Shown here in pieces: positions 36,575-45,714 of a stretch of 64,000 nt of DNA. The stretch is from a virus: the UHGV virus genome UHGV-0179428; one strand, 5' to 3'. Position 1 is the stretch's first letter. Each line of letters begins with the position of its first letter. The position numbers and the translations under genes were made by a program. The notes beneath the pieces are model-generated. The model did not search any database. It had not been told where the DNA came from and saw only the letters and a program-made list of their open reading frames with translations.

Positions 36575-39062
36575 TTTTTACTCCTTCGTTATACACCGCA
36601 GGCAATGTCACCCCTTCCGGTTCGATGACACAGTACGATGCTTCATTAAGTTTAGAATGAACCTCGGCTTCGTGGGAGACTACCAACAGTTGAGAAAATT
36701 CTCCCGAGTTTGCTAACGTTTTAATAAAGCCGACCAGGTTGTTACGGTGCTCCTCATCCATACCTTCCGAAGGCTCATCCAAAAGCAATGGAAACTGATG
36801 CAACTTCAGCGCTTTGTACGCGGTCAGCCTGAACATCAGATTAAATATCGCACGCTGCGCCTTAGACCCTTTACGCACGTCAGGAACAGGCTCAGGATGC
36901 GTTTTTAGCTGGACAGGAAAAGTATAATCCAAATCACCGTCAGTGAGATCGCAAGGCATGACGCGCATGGGGTACGTCCAGACCTGTTCGATATAACGCG
37001 TCATTAACTCTGTGATTCTAACGATAGCGTTGTAAAAATACTTTCTAAGCACACCCTTTTCTGGCGAGAAGGCTTGAATCATCAGTTTGTTATTGAACTG
37101 CTGGGCTTGCAAGTCAGCAAGTTCGCGTTCCAAACTGTTGAGCTGATTCAATTCATTTTCCATCTGACGATAACGTTCGCGTGCGGTTGTAAAAGCATCC
37201 AGCTTCCCTTCTCGTGCACGTAAGAGTTCCTCGACGACTGTATTTGTCAACGTAACCTTAACATCACTCTCTAACCGTTCGAATAACGCACTGAAATCAT
37301 CTACAGCACGTTTAACATTCACCAGATAGGTAAGTGTCGTGTTAGCCAGTTCGTGCTCTCTACGACGCATTGAGAGCATCTCTGTGGCTTTACCTAATCG
37401 CGACTGTTGGAAAGCGATTTTCTGTTGTAAAGCACCATCGACGTTACCAACGGCCGCTACGGCATCCTGCCATTCTTTTTCCGCTTTCACTAACCGTTGT
37501 CGGGTTTCATGGTACTCAATAGCAGAGTACAACTCACTGTCAAACGCTGCGCATAGGCTCCCGAACTGCTCGCGTGATTCTGTGAAAACGTTACGTTCTT
37601 GCAAACGCTTAAAGAACATGCTCAATACCGGGTCCTTTGAATACGTCAGTACAATCTCACGAACCTGTCGCATATAAGTTACATCGGATTCTAACTCAAC
37701 ACGATCGCGTAATAGGGCCTCTAACTGCGTTTGTAGTTCCGTGCGCTGCTGTTGTTGTCCGCGAATCGAAGACTCAAGTTCAGGTAAAGAACGTGTAACA
37801 CCAGGCCGAAACTTAAACCGACACTGCGGACAATCCACTTCTGCTGTTTCTAAGTAGTGATTACGCTCATGATTTAAATTCTGTAAAACGTTCTCCACTC
37901 GCTGGAGTCTATCCCGCAACCCTGCGGTTTTTTGATCCATCACCAGAAGCCGTTCTTCCAAAACATTGAGTTTTTCGGTTGAATGAATTGCGTCCAGTGT
38001 TGTTCCTAACCGTTGCCCCCAGACACGCGCATCGGTAGCCGCACGAAGTTGGTCTAAATTGACGTTGTCGTTAAATAGACCCGGAAAGAGATGCTCGGTG
38101 TCCCATTTGGTAAGTAACTCACGTAAACGTGCCAGCGTATTCTTGAGACCTTCGTGATTCCGCATCAGGTAGTCTTGTCGTGTCGACTCATCCATTAATA
38201 ACGACAAGTCTTTATTCAACATCGATACCTCTGTTTCAGTAGAAACAACAGCTTCGCGGGCGGTCGCTTCGTTTTGTCGCGCGACCAGTATCTGTTCATC
38301 AGTAGGCAATCCACCACGATGTTGTAATATTGCGTCGATGGTTGGACCCAAGCTGTTTAATAACGCTTGGATTGTTTCGATGGTGACGGCACGATTTAAT
38401 CCTGGCAACTGTTCGATTTCTCGGTTCAGTTCACGTAAATCCGATTCCAAACCTTTTAATCTCGTCGCTAACTGCTGCCGTTCTTCCTCGTTCTCAATAA
38501 CGCGCGTCCGTAATTCGGCGATCTTACGGCTGGTGATTTCAATACCCCCATTTAAAGCAGTAAGGTTTTTACGCAAACGTTGATAAAACCCTAACGCGTA
38601 AGTGAGGTCAGAGGTACTTAAACGGTAAAACCACTTGCGGCGTAGTTCGGTTCCCGCGTCAGTTAACAACACCTCACCATTTAATAGTTCTTTAATCTCT
38701 TTCGTAATACCCGTGATTTCTTCAACACGGGAGTTGTAGACTTTCGCATTACCTTGCTCGACGATCTTTGTCCCCGTGGTCAAGTTCTCAATATCACAAA
38801 CCAGTGAGTTGCCTTTACGGGCAACTTTGAATCGATAGCGTTGATCGCCAACTAAACAGTAGTTTGTGTAAGAACCTCCGTCCCTGAATTCGGTTTTAGC
38901 CGGTGCTAAGGGTAAGAACACAGACAGTAGACTGGTTTTCCCGCAGCCGTTCCCACCCAGGATAATTGTTGTCGGTGACTGGATAGTGAAATCGAAGGTT
39001 TCAATTTCATGTAACCCCATCCCCGTAAAACCTTTGAGTATAATGCGTTCAACTTTTAGCAT
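36558..39062 (-). CDS. Rad50/SbcC-like coiled-coil ABC ATPase with zinc-hook CxxC
   Basis: Start moved to the ATG at 39062 (GGAGGTGGGT upstream). Walker A GGNGCGKTSLL, long helical middle with CPQC, Walker B/D-loop LLLDEPSEGMDEE, H-loop VVSHE. Confidence 0.65.
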   Translation of the reverse strand: MLKVERIILKGFTGMGLHEIETFDFTIQSPTTIILGGNGCGKTSLLSVFLPLAPAKTEFRDGGSYTNYCLVGDQRYRFKVARKGNSLVCDIENLTTGTKIVEQGNAKVYNSRVEEITGITKEIKELLNGEVLLTDAGTELRRKWFYRLSTSDLTYALGFYQRLRKNLTALNGGIEITSRKIAELRTRVIENEEERQQLATRLKGLESDLRELNREIEQLPGLNRAVTIETIQALLNSLGPTIDAILQHRGGLPTDEQILVARQNEATAREAVVSTETEVSMLNKDLSLLMDESTRQDYLMRNHEGLKNTLARLRELLTKWDTEHLFPGLFNDNVNLDQLRAATDARVWGQRLGTTLDAIHSTEKLNVLEERLLVMDQKTAGLRDRLQRVENVLQNLNHERNHYLETAEVDCPQCRFKFRPGVTRSLPELESSIRGQQQQRTELQTQLEALLRDRVELESDVTYMRQVREIVLTYSKDPVLSMFFKRLQERNVFTESREQFGSLCAAFDSELYSAIEYHETRQRLVKAEKEWQDAVAAVGNVDGALQQKIAFQQSRLGKATEMLSMRRREHELANTTLTYLVNVKRAVDDFSALFERLESDVKVTLTNTVVEELLRAREGKLDAFTTARERYRQMENELNQLNSLERELADLQAQQFNNKLMIQAFSPEKGVLRKYFYNAIVRITELMTRYIEQVWTYPMRVMPCDLTDGDLDYTFPVQLKTHPEPVPDVRKGSKAQRAIFNLMFRLTAYKALKLHQFPLLLDEPSEGMDEEHRNNLVGFIKTLANSGEFSQLLVVSHEAEVHSKLNEASYCVIEPEGVTLPAVYNEGVKIVYAN

Positions 39063-39091
39063 ACCCACCTCCATAAAGACGGAGTGTGGTG

Positions 39092-39137
39092 TAAAAAGAA
39101 AAAAAAATAAAGAAAGGGAGAACCCGAAGGTTCTCCC
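39092..39137 (-). terminator. Rho-independent terminator (GGGAGAACC / GGTTCTCCC stem)
   Basis: 9-bp stem with CGAA loop and long T-run on the minus strand after 39143..39751. Confidence 0.6.
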
Positions 39138-39142
39138 AAACG

Positions 39143-39751
39143 TTATTTGGTGTAGAGGTGATAACCCATTGAAGTCCAATAATCGACGTTCTTCGTGTTT
39201 TCTACCCAAACCTGTCCCGCCTTTGTGGCTAAGACTTCCATTGTCAATGTACAGATCAGATTTGTTACCGGGATACAATTTCCAGGTGTAACATCATCCA
39301 GATAAACCGGGTATAAAAACGGCGATTTAATGGATTGGTACGGGTAAGAATAGTGGCTACCGACCTTCCACCCTTCTTCTACAGGACAGAGATTAAAAGT
39401 GCGTGTTTCAGGAACTGCGTTTTCAGAGATCCAGTTAACAACATCGGCTTTAATTCGATCGTGGTCGATATAGTAGAACACAACACGTTGTGGGATACTT
39501 GTGGTACCAGCCGGGTCTAAAGCCTCCAACGCCTTAAAAGGCGACGTTAACAATGTTGTACTGTTCTCAAGCGCGTAAACCAACTTTTCGTAAGCAGTCG
39601 GTGTTTTACGTTTAAAATATTCCCGTAAGCGAGGGTATGCCAGGAATCCCTCTACTTCTTCTTCCATTAAGTCAATGAATAAAGGCGTATGCGAAAAACG
39701 CTCTGCATTTTGCATCGCTTCAAGAAAACGAACTAATGTAATTTCGTTCAT
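39143..39751 (-). CDS. Hypothetical protein (202 aa)
   Basis: ORF. Confidence 0.5.
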   Translation of the reverse strand: MNEITLVRFLEAMQNAERFSHTPLFIDLMEEEVEGFLAYPRLREYFKRKTPTAYEKLVYALENSTTLLTSPFKALEALDPAGTTSIPQRVVFYYIDHDRIKADVVNWISENAVPETRTFNLCPVEEGWKVGSHYSYPYQSIKSPFLYPVYLDDVTPGNCIPVTNLICTLTMEVLATKAGQVWVENTKNVDYWTSMGYHLYTK

Positions 39752-39807
39752 CTGGTCTTTCCTTTTAGATCAAAAAAAGAAGCCCCGAGTAAACGGGGCC
39801 GGGCTAA

Positions 39808-40284
39808 TTACAGCCCTAAGTGCGTGAGTGATAAAATAGGTTGTGTTTCACCTTTAATCGTCGCGAAGGAACGATACATTTCTGCGTTACTTGAAAAAAC
39901 TTCGTTAGCAACGATACATTCACCCGTCTCTAAAGAAAGGAGATAAATGTAGTCGCTCCATACGCTTTGTACCAACACCCACTCAAGTGCGGTATCATTT
40001 TCGCGTGTTGTTCGCAGGTGGTGAAAGTAAGGACGGATTGCATCAACTGCCGCATTAAAACGACGGTGATAAATTCGGGTTAAATCAAAGGTCCAGATTG
40101 TTTCCAGGTCGACTGGATGTAGTGTGCGCACCGTTTCGATAATCGTCGACTGATCGTTAAGGCGCGAGGCTTCGGCGATACGTAGCAGTTTCCAGGCCAC
40201 CGTTAAGTTGTGGCGAATTTGTTCAGGTTTAGCCGACAGGTCATGATGAAATTGCGCAGCTTGGTAAACGTTAGATAATTGCAT
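39808..40284 (-). CDS. Hypothetical protein (158 aa)
   Basis: ORF. Confidence 0.5.
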   Translation of the reverse strand: MQLSNVYQAAQFHHDLSAKPEQIRHNLTVAWKLLRIAEASRLNDQSTIIETVRTLHPVDLETIWTFDLTRIYHRRFNAAVDAIRPYFHHLRTTRENDTALEWVLVQSVWSDYIYLLSLETGECIVANEVFSSNAEMYRSFATIKGETQPILSLTHLGL

Positions 40285-40310
40285 TTTAATACTCCTTTAG
40301 GTAAACATGT

Positions 40311-40340
40311 CGTAAAAAGGACCCCGGACGTACCGGGGTC
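40311..40340 (-). terminator. Candidate terminator hairpin (GACCCCGG / CCGGGGTC)
   Basis: 8-bp GC stem with short T-run on the minus strand after 40351..40740. Confidence 0.4.
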
Positions 40341-40350
40341 AAGACTACAC

Positions 40351-40740
40351 TCAATGATCTAATTCAATAGCACCAGCCATCTTGCCCCGTTCTTCGATAA
40401 CGATCAGATAACGGTCGCGAGATTTGCTTTTAGCGAGAGTTAAGACAACGGTAGGGTCGCACGTTTTCGTGGTGATAGGAAGAACCTCTCTTGCGACGGA
40501 ATCGAGCAGAAAGTAATAACCTGCGGGACACATTGTGCCACCGTCAGCTTTTACCAGAATATAGCGCCCGTCTGCGCCGACTTCTTGGCAGATTGTTTCA
40601 CCGACTTCGCAAACTTCAAACCCCGGAGGATTGTACTGATAATCGGTATTGTTGTTTGGGGTTAGCAGTAAATCGTTAACTTGGGTAGATGCTGCTACAC
40701 TCAGGGAGAAGAAGAATGCTAAAACGCAGACGAGACGCAT
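40351..40740 (-). CDS. Secreted small protein with signal peptide, Cys-containing (129 aa)
   Basis: MRLVCVLAFFFSLSVAAST signal-like N-terminus; four Cys in the mature part. Confidence 0.5.
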   Translation of the reverse strand: MRLVCVLAFFFSLSVAASTQVNDLLLTPNNNTDYQYNPPGFEVCEVGETICQEVGADGRYILVKADGGTMCPAGYYFLLDSVAREVLPITTKTCDPTVVLTLAKSKSRDRYLIVIEERGKMAGAIELDH

Positions 40741-40750
40741 GAGTTACTCC

Positions 40751-41161
40751 TTAAATTTTAAGTTTATCCATAGCTACAACGATAGGTTTTTCCGAAGTGT
40801 CTAATATCCCTACCATTGGCACACCATCTACGACTTCGAAGAATGGTTTGTTATTACCAGAGCACAGACGTTTGTCGTTGTATTCGAGACGCTGGGCCTT
40901 CCACGTTTCGAGGTTGAGTACGGACATTGGGCTGTCGTAGCACCAGGCACCACCCTGCTCAACGATGAATACGTATCTGCTACCTTTGTATTTAAACAGA
41001 CTCTTTGCCTGACAGTACAAGCCGTCGATTTCCGTACAATAGAAATCATCGGTGCTATTGACGTACTTAATATTGTCTGGCAACTGTATTGTTTTTGCTG
41101 TAGTGTTGACAGAGAATAGAACAGCCATTGCAATGAGGAGAGTATTAATGATAGTTTTCAT
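40751..41161 (-). CDS. Secreted small protein with signal peptide, Cys-containing (136 aa)
   Basis: MKTIINTLLIAMAVLFSVNTTA signal-like N-terminus; several Cys. Confidence 0.5.
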   Translation of the reverse strand: MKTIINTLLIAMAVLFSVNTTAKTIQLPDNIKYVNSTDDFYCTEIDGLYCQAKSLFKYKGSRYVFIVEQGGAWCYDSPMSVLNLETWKAQRLEYNDKRLCSGNNKPFFEVVDGVPMVGILDTSEKPIVVAMDKLKI

Positions 41162-41172
41162 GATAAAAGTCC

Positions 41173-41658
41173 TTAGTATTTAGATTGTTCTACGTACTTC
41201 TTAACCAGGTAAGCGAATTCGGCAACACCGATATCACCGAACCAAATCAGATAACCGGGGTCGATGTTGTAGTAATAGCCGACGAGTTTCTTGGTGTGTG
41301 GGTTGTATAGCGTTACGATGTATTCCCAACCACAAGCGTTAGCTTTACAACCGCCACTTTCAATCCAGATTTTGTTGTTGATGTTTACCGGATACATGTT
41401 ACCGCCAGGGCCATCCATGTAACCTTTAGAGCCGAACATACCATCCAGCCCCACAGGGTCTAATGTTTTATCAACAACGGCTTTAAACGACTTATCGGTA
41501 TCGTACAAGTCGTTGATGTTTGGGCACGCATTTGGCTGACCTTCCCAAGCGTTTCCATCACAGGTAAGCAGTTCGTCTACGGAGGCCGCATCTACACTTG
41601 GTGTGGCACCGATAAACAAGAAAACCAGAAAGAACATCAGTGTGTGTAAACGTTTCAT
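41173..41658 (-). CDS. Secreted small protein with signal peptide (161 aa)
   Basis: MKRLHTLMFFLVFLFIGATPSVDAA signal-like N-terminus; Cys pairs. Confidence 0.5.
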   Translation of the reverse strand: MKRLHTLMFFLVFLFIGATPSVDAASVDELLTCDGNAWEGQPNACPNINDLYDTDKSFKAVVDKTLDPVGLDGMFGSKGYMDGPGGNMYPVNINNKIWIESGGCKANACGWEYIVTLYNPHTKKLVGYYYNIDPGYLIWFGDIGVAEFAYLVKKYVEQSKY

Positions 41659-41676
41659 TGTAACTACTCCTTTAGA

Positions 41677-42069
41677 TTATTCGGCAGGACGATTTAAGGT
41701 AACGCGTCCGATTAATTCGGCGTTGTGAAAGAAGTCCACAGCGGTATAGTTACCAACTGATAGCGGATGGATACTAACTGACATTACCTTTGGTTGTTCG
41801 CAAGCGATATCCGTCAGACGTTGGTAGACTTGTGCACGGGTGTCAGCAATGAGTAATCCCGTACACGTTTCACCACGCACTAAACGATAAACTTGCAGTT
41901 TACCGAAACTGCGCATTAACGTAGGCGTCTCGTCCGGGTTGATAATCGGTGAGTCAGGAGCCGGTTCGTAATAGCGGACATCCGAATCACCGAAAGCATA
42001 AGTGCCAGTAATTCCGACTGCACAGAAAATAATGATAGTATAAAGTATAGTTCTGATATTCATTTTCAC
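41677..42069 (-). CDS. Secreted small protein with signal peptide (130 aa)
   Basis: MKMNIRTILYTIIIFCAVGITGTYAFG signal-like N-terminus. Confidence 0.5.
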   Translation of the reverse strand: MKMNIRTILYTIIIFCAVGITGTYAFGDSDVRYYEPAPDSPIINPDETPTLMRSFGKLQVYRLVRGETCTGLLIADTRAQVYQRLTDIACEQPKVMSVSIHPLSVGNYTAVDFFHNAELIGRVTLNRPAE

Positions 42070-42091
42070 GCACTCTAAAAAAGATTAATAG

Positions 42092-42553
42092 TTATTTGTT
42101 AGGACGGGTGTGTCCACAGTTCTGGAAGAAAGTTTCAGACAGACGTTCGCCTTCTACGGTAAAGTTAGCGGCATCGTTACCATTGATACTCACACTGAAA
42201 GTTTTGGCATTACCGATAGCATTAACGAAAGCAACCCAAGCGTGTTCTGCTTTGTCACTACCGTCCACGGTAGGGATGTTATAGGTTTTGCCGTTTACGA
42301 CAATATCCATCGTGTTATCTTCAGCGTTAGTTGCACCTACGGGTTCACCGTAATACCAGACCATGCGACCGTAAAATTTGCGATTCGCAGTTTCAGTGTC
42401 ACAGTTGATAGACAGTCCGTTTCCGGCGGTGTCTTCAATTTCGTAAACTGCCTGGCCAGGGTTTTGTATTTGTTCCCAGCTGTTGATAGCGGCGTGTGCA
42501 GTATTGAGGCCGAAAGTTAAAATGGTTATTAAGAAAGTGATAAAGGTTTTCAT
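42092..42553 (-). CDS. Secreted small protein with signal peptide (153 aa)
   Basis: MKTFITFLITILTFGLNTAHAA signal-like N-terminus. Confidence 0.5.
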   Translation of the reverse strand: MKTFITFLITILTFGLNTAHAAINSWEQIQNPGQAVYEIEDTAGNGLSINCDTETANRKFYGRMVWYYGEPVGATNAEDNTMDIVVNGKTYNIPTVDGSDKAEHAWVAFVNAIGNAKTFSVSINGNDAANFTVEGERLSETFFQNCGHTRPNK

Positions 42554-42599
42554 TGAAATGCTCCTTCGGGTTATGGGGAAATTCCCACAAATTATGAAA

Positions 42600-42971
42600 T
42601 TAAATAACTGTGTTGGGTAATGCTTTAATCTGTGTATAACTATCTCCGATACCTCTTATCATTTCCAGACGCTCTTCTGTAGAAAGGCTTTGGTTAATGT
42701 CTTTGTCAAGATTGAACAGTGTCAAGAGTTTTGCAATTGCAACCGTCAGGTTGTCGGACAGCTCGTTGTTTTTACGCCATTCTTCGTTACGGAAAATAGA
42801 GATAAGGTCTTTCGCCTGGCCTTCAGCGTGTGGTTTGGCTAACTGCGCGTCACGCTGTTCGATAAGGTATGCTTCGTTAGTAAGTAAACGTTTCAGGTTT
42901 TCTGGGTTAGTGGCAGCGCGAGTAACGATCATTAATACAACAAACGGGTCTTTAAATAATTCGTTTTTCAT
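42600..42971 (-). CDS. Hypothetical protein (123 aa)
   Basis: ORF with AGGAG RBS. Confidence 0.5.
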   Translation of the reverse strand: MKNELFKDPFVVLMIVTRAATNPENLKRLLTNEAYLIEQRDAQLAKPHAEGQAKDLISIFRNEEWRKNNELSDNLTVAIAKLLTLFNLDKDINQSLSTEERLEMIRGIGDSYTQIKALPNTVI

Positions 42972-43020
42972 CTTTAGTTCTCCTAAAATGGTTTTAGTTA
43001 AGTGAGTGCTTTTGTACTCT

Positions 43021-43045
43021 CACCTAAGTAATATATATCTGAAAT
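43021..43045. promoter_or_regulatory. Conserved 25-nt motif CACCTAAGTAATATATATCTGAAAT (copy 1 of 2); candidate phage promoter or regulatory site
   Basis: 23/25 identical to 47308..47332; lies ~50 nt upstream of the minus-strand gene starting at 42971 and next to the terminator of 43102..43680. Confidence 0.4.
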
Positions 43046-43063
43046 TATTTTTAATATTAACGA

Positions 43064-43097
43064 ACAAAAAAATAAAAGGTGGGGGTTTACCCCCACC
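43064..43097 (-). terminator. Rho-independent terminator (GGTGGGGG / CCCCCACC stem)
   Basis: 8-bp stem with TTTA loop and T-run on the minus strand after the stop of 43102..43680. Confidence 0.6.
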
Positions 43098-43101
43098 GAT
43101 G

Positions 43102-43680
43102 TTATACATCGAACCGGTACTGCCGGGAGTTAATGAGGAATTCGGTATTCAGCTCAATCCATTCGAGTAAATCACCCAACGGTAATCGGTTTGGGTTTTC
43201 TAACTCAATAGACGCTACCGGATAAGAGTTTACTAATTCCGTAATTGCCTCAATACCCTCTTGCGTTCCGTCGTCTTCTAAGGTGATTGTAAACGGCATA
43301 TCGGTACGTCCCGCATTAGGATTGTACAAACTGACTTTCGTTGCTTGCACAAACGCAGTCAGGTCGTCTCGCATAATGCGAATATCCGGCGCTAGAACCA
43401 CCCAGAGATGTTGCCCTGGCTGGAGTTTACGTTTTGCGTAATTTAAGAAAGGACTTGCCGTCAAGTTCTCTAAACTACAACAGATGTTACGTAAATGGAT
43501 TCCGCGTGGATCTTTGTAATCCACGTCGAAAATCCCCACAGGTTCATTCGCTGCCTGTTTTATCAGAAAGGCTAATACCGTGTCCGCTCTTTCTGGTAAG
43601 GAAAGCTCTATTCCCTCAAGCTCCCCATCGACGAGATTTTCTAACCAAACGTCTTTTCGCATTTCTATTAATCGGTACAC
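43102..43680 (-). CDS. Hypothetical protein (192 aa)
   Basis: ORF. Confidence 0.5.
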   Translation of the reverse strand: MYRLIEMRKDVWLENLVDGELEGIELSLPERADTVLAFLIKQAANEPVGIFDVDYKDPRGIHLRNICCSLENLTASPFLNYAKRKLQPGQHLWVVLAPDIRIMRDDLTAFVQATKVSLYNPNAGRTDMPFTITLEDDGTQEGIEAITELVNSYPVASIELENPNRLPLGDLLEWIELNTEFLINSRQYRFDV

Positions 43681-43692
43681 GGTTCCACCTCA

Positions 43693-44466
43693 CTAATAAT
43701 TAAGTTTTACATCGGCAATAAACAGCAACTGTTTACCGTGTTGCTGCACTTCTTTCCAACCTAGCTTCATAGCAGCGTCAACAACATCTATCATGCTGTA
43801 ACGAGACATCAACGCGGTTGATTTTGTTCCTGACATTAAGTAAAGCGGCTCGTTGGGGCAACGGTCGCGTGCATCAGGAAGTTCCCGAGAGACTGCTGAG
43901 CCTTCGGGTACGGTAACAACATGAATCACGGTAAATGGTCTTTTGTGGGTTAAATAAATACGAAACCCAACGTGTTCAGACTCATGAAAGACTTTTTTCA
44001 CAACCACATCTTTTAGTGTCGTCTGAACATCAATCCCAGGTAATATCATGGATTCGCGAGAAACAAAACAACGACTATTTTCAACCGTGGAGAAATAATT
44101 ACGTATCGGCAAACTGGCGTTATGATCGTGCAGTTTTTTGCTCAGTAGATCGAAGTTCAGTTCTTTAACTTTCTCTAGCCATTCTTTGGCTTGTTGTATG
44201 TAATAACTACCAACGGTGCGATAAGTCAATACCTTACCTGTGCTTACTTTCCAAAGTTTAACGCTTAGTGAATTCGGCTTATAGCGACGATACTCACCCC
44301 GCGTATAGTTGATGCGCTCGTAACGCTCTACATCGTCAACGGGCGCAGATTCGATCGATTGTAATTGCAACGTACGATCTAATCTATCGGCGAATAGTAG
44401 TGATGTTAGCGGACCTTCGATCAAATACGGTTCGGTTTTAAAGATATCATCTAGATGGATTTTCAT
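43693..44466 (-). CDS. Member 4 of a tandem paralog family with conserved C-terminal G-W...G-x-Q-L-L-F-x-A module
   Basis: C-terminus ALMSRYSMIDVVDAAMKLGWKEVQQHGKQLLFIADVKLNY. Confidence 0.55.
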   Translation of the reverse strand: MKIHLDDIFKTEPYLIEGPLTSLLFADRLDRTLQLQSIESAPVDDVERYERINYTRGEYRRYKPNSLSVKLWKVSTGKVLTYRTVGSYYIQQAKEWLEKVKELNFDLLSKKLHDHNASLPIRNYFSTVENSRCFVSRESMILPGIDVQTTLKDVVVKKVFHESEHVGFRIYLTHKRPFTVIHVVTVPEGSAVSRELPDARDRCPNEPLYLMSGTKSTALMSRYSMIDVVDAAMKLGWKEVQQHGKQLLFIADVKLNY

Positions 44467-44533
44467 TTCTATTTCCTTCTTAACAAAAGCCGCGACTAAA
44501 GCGCGGCAGTTAGAGAAAGTGTATTTTCACTTA

Positions 44534-45685
44534 TTAGAGGTCAGCAACAAACAACAGCTGACTGCCGTATTTTTGCACGTCAGCCCAACCGTAGTCTTTC
44601 CCGATTATAGGTAGATGTAAAGCATCCAGCTTCTCGTCTTTCGCCTTCAGTTTCGCCATTAACGCATTGGACTCCTCAGCACTGAGCAGTAATGCGGGTT
44701 CTTTTTCAGTACGTCCTTCTGCGGTCGGGAAGAAATCGTAATAGCTGCGAGTAGGTAAATCGACAGAAAAACTACGATTGCCTATTGTGATGAAGAACGC
44801 AACTCCTTCACAGTTAGCGTCTACACTACACGACCACCCCGCCTCTGTTAAAAGGTCTTTTAACAGACACCACACTTTAAGTTGGTTCTTAGAAAGTGTA
44901 CGGTAAATAGCAAGATGGTCAGGAAGTAAATGCACACCCATAACCACGTTTTCAGATTTCTCGTCAAGCAACTCTGGATGTTGAATCGGGAATAATAATT
45001 CACTGATACCCACGCTATCAATTTTGTTAACAAAATCAGTTAATTCATCTTTTAAGGTACGCACGGATTTTTCTCCTTCGACTTCAATAATCTGGTGGGG
45101 TTCGCCGCTAATTAAAATGTGGTAAACGATATCGTCGGTAGAACGGTAAGTGAGTTTGATAGCTTTATCACTTAACATTTCGTAGCGGAAGAAACTTTCG
45201 TACCAAGTTGACCCGAAATCGTTTCGTGTAAGTTCCTGCTCAACTTTGATGGTTTTTGCTTCAAAGCCGATTAACCCGCTTAATAACGCGAGTTCTGGTT
45301 TAGTTAAAATGTCCGCGCCGTGAAAGGGCACTTTCTCAAGCTGAAGACATAAATTACTGACTTTACCACTTGGGAAGACCTTAAACATAATCTTCCGGCT
45401 GCTACTCTTTTCCCTAACAACGAGTTTACGGTAATTTAGTCCACAATTTGTGTAAACCGCGAACTTGTAACCTTCAATTTCTTCATCGTAAGTACAGACA
45501 TCGACAGGCGCGATAATCTCATTGTATTCAGTAAGTACACAGCAGCCCAAGTTATAACCAAACAACTCACGTTGTAATGAAGACTCGATGGTTAAGCTTG
45601 GTAGCGACCAAGTCCGATTATAGCATCTGTCCATCAGTTCTTTTAGGATTTTGACATGTCCCGGTTTAGAAATAATATTTCGCAT
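44534..45685 (-). CDS. Member 3 of the tandem paralog family (383 aa)
   Basis: C-terminus ALMAKLKAKDEKLDALHLPIIGKDYGWADVQKYGSQLLFVADL. Confidence 0.55.
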   Translation of the reverse strand: MRNIISKPGHVKILKELMDRCYNRTWSLPSLTIESSLQRELFGYNLGCCVLTEYNEIIAPVDVCTYDEEIEGYKFAVYTNCGLNYRKLVVREKSSSRKIMFKVFPSGKVSNLCLQLEKVPFHGADILTKPELALLSGLIGFEAKTIKVEQELTRNDFGSTWYESFFRYEMLSDKAIKLTYRSTDDIVYHILISGEPHQIIEVEGEKSVRTLKDELTDFVNKIDSVGISELLFPIQHPELLDEKSENVVMGVHLLPDHLAIYRTLSKNQLKVWCLLKDLLTEAGWSCSVDANCEGVAFFITIGNRSFSVDLPTRSYYDFFPTAEGRTEKEPALLLSAEESNALMAKLKAKDEKLDALHLPIIGKDYGWADVQKYGSQLLFVADL

Positions 45686-45714
45686 TTTTACTCTCCTTTA
45701 GGTTTTTTCGTTAC

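Noticed and set aside
36558-39278. ORF-track N-terminal extension of the Rad50-like gene (906 aa starting at 39278)
   Set aside because: The extension runs through the terminator hairpin and T-run of the upstream gene and has no RBS. The ATG at 39062 has GGAGGT upstream and begins exactly at the conserved ATPase N-terminus.
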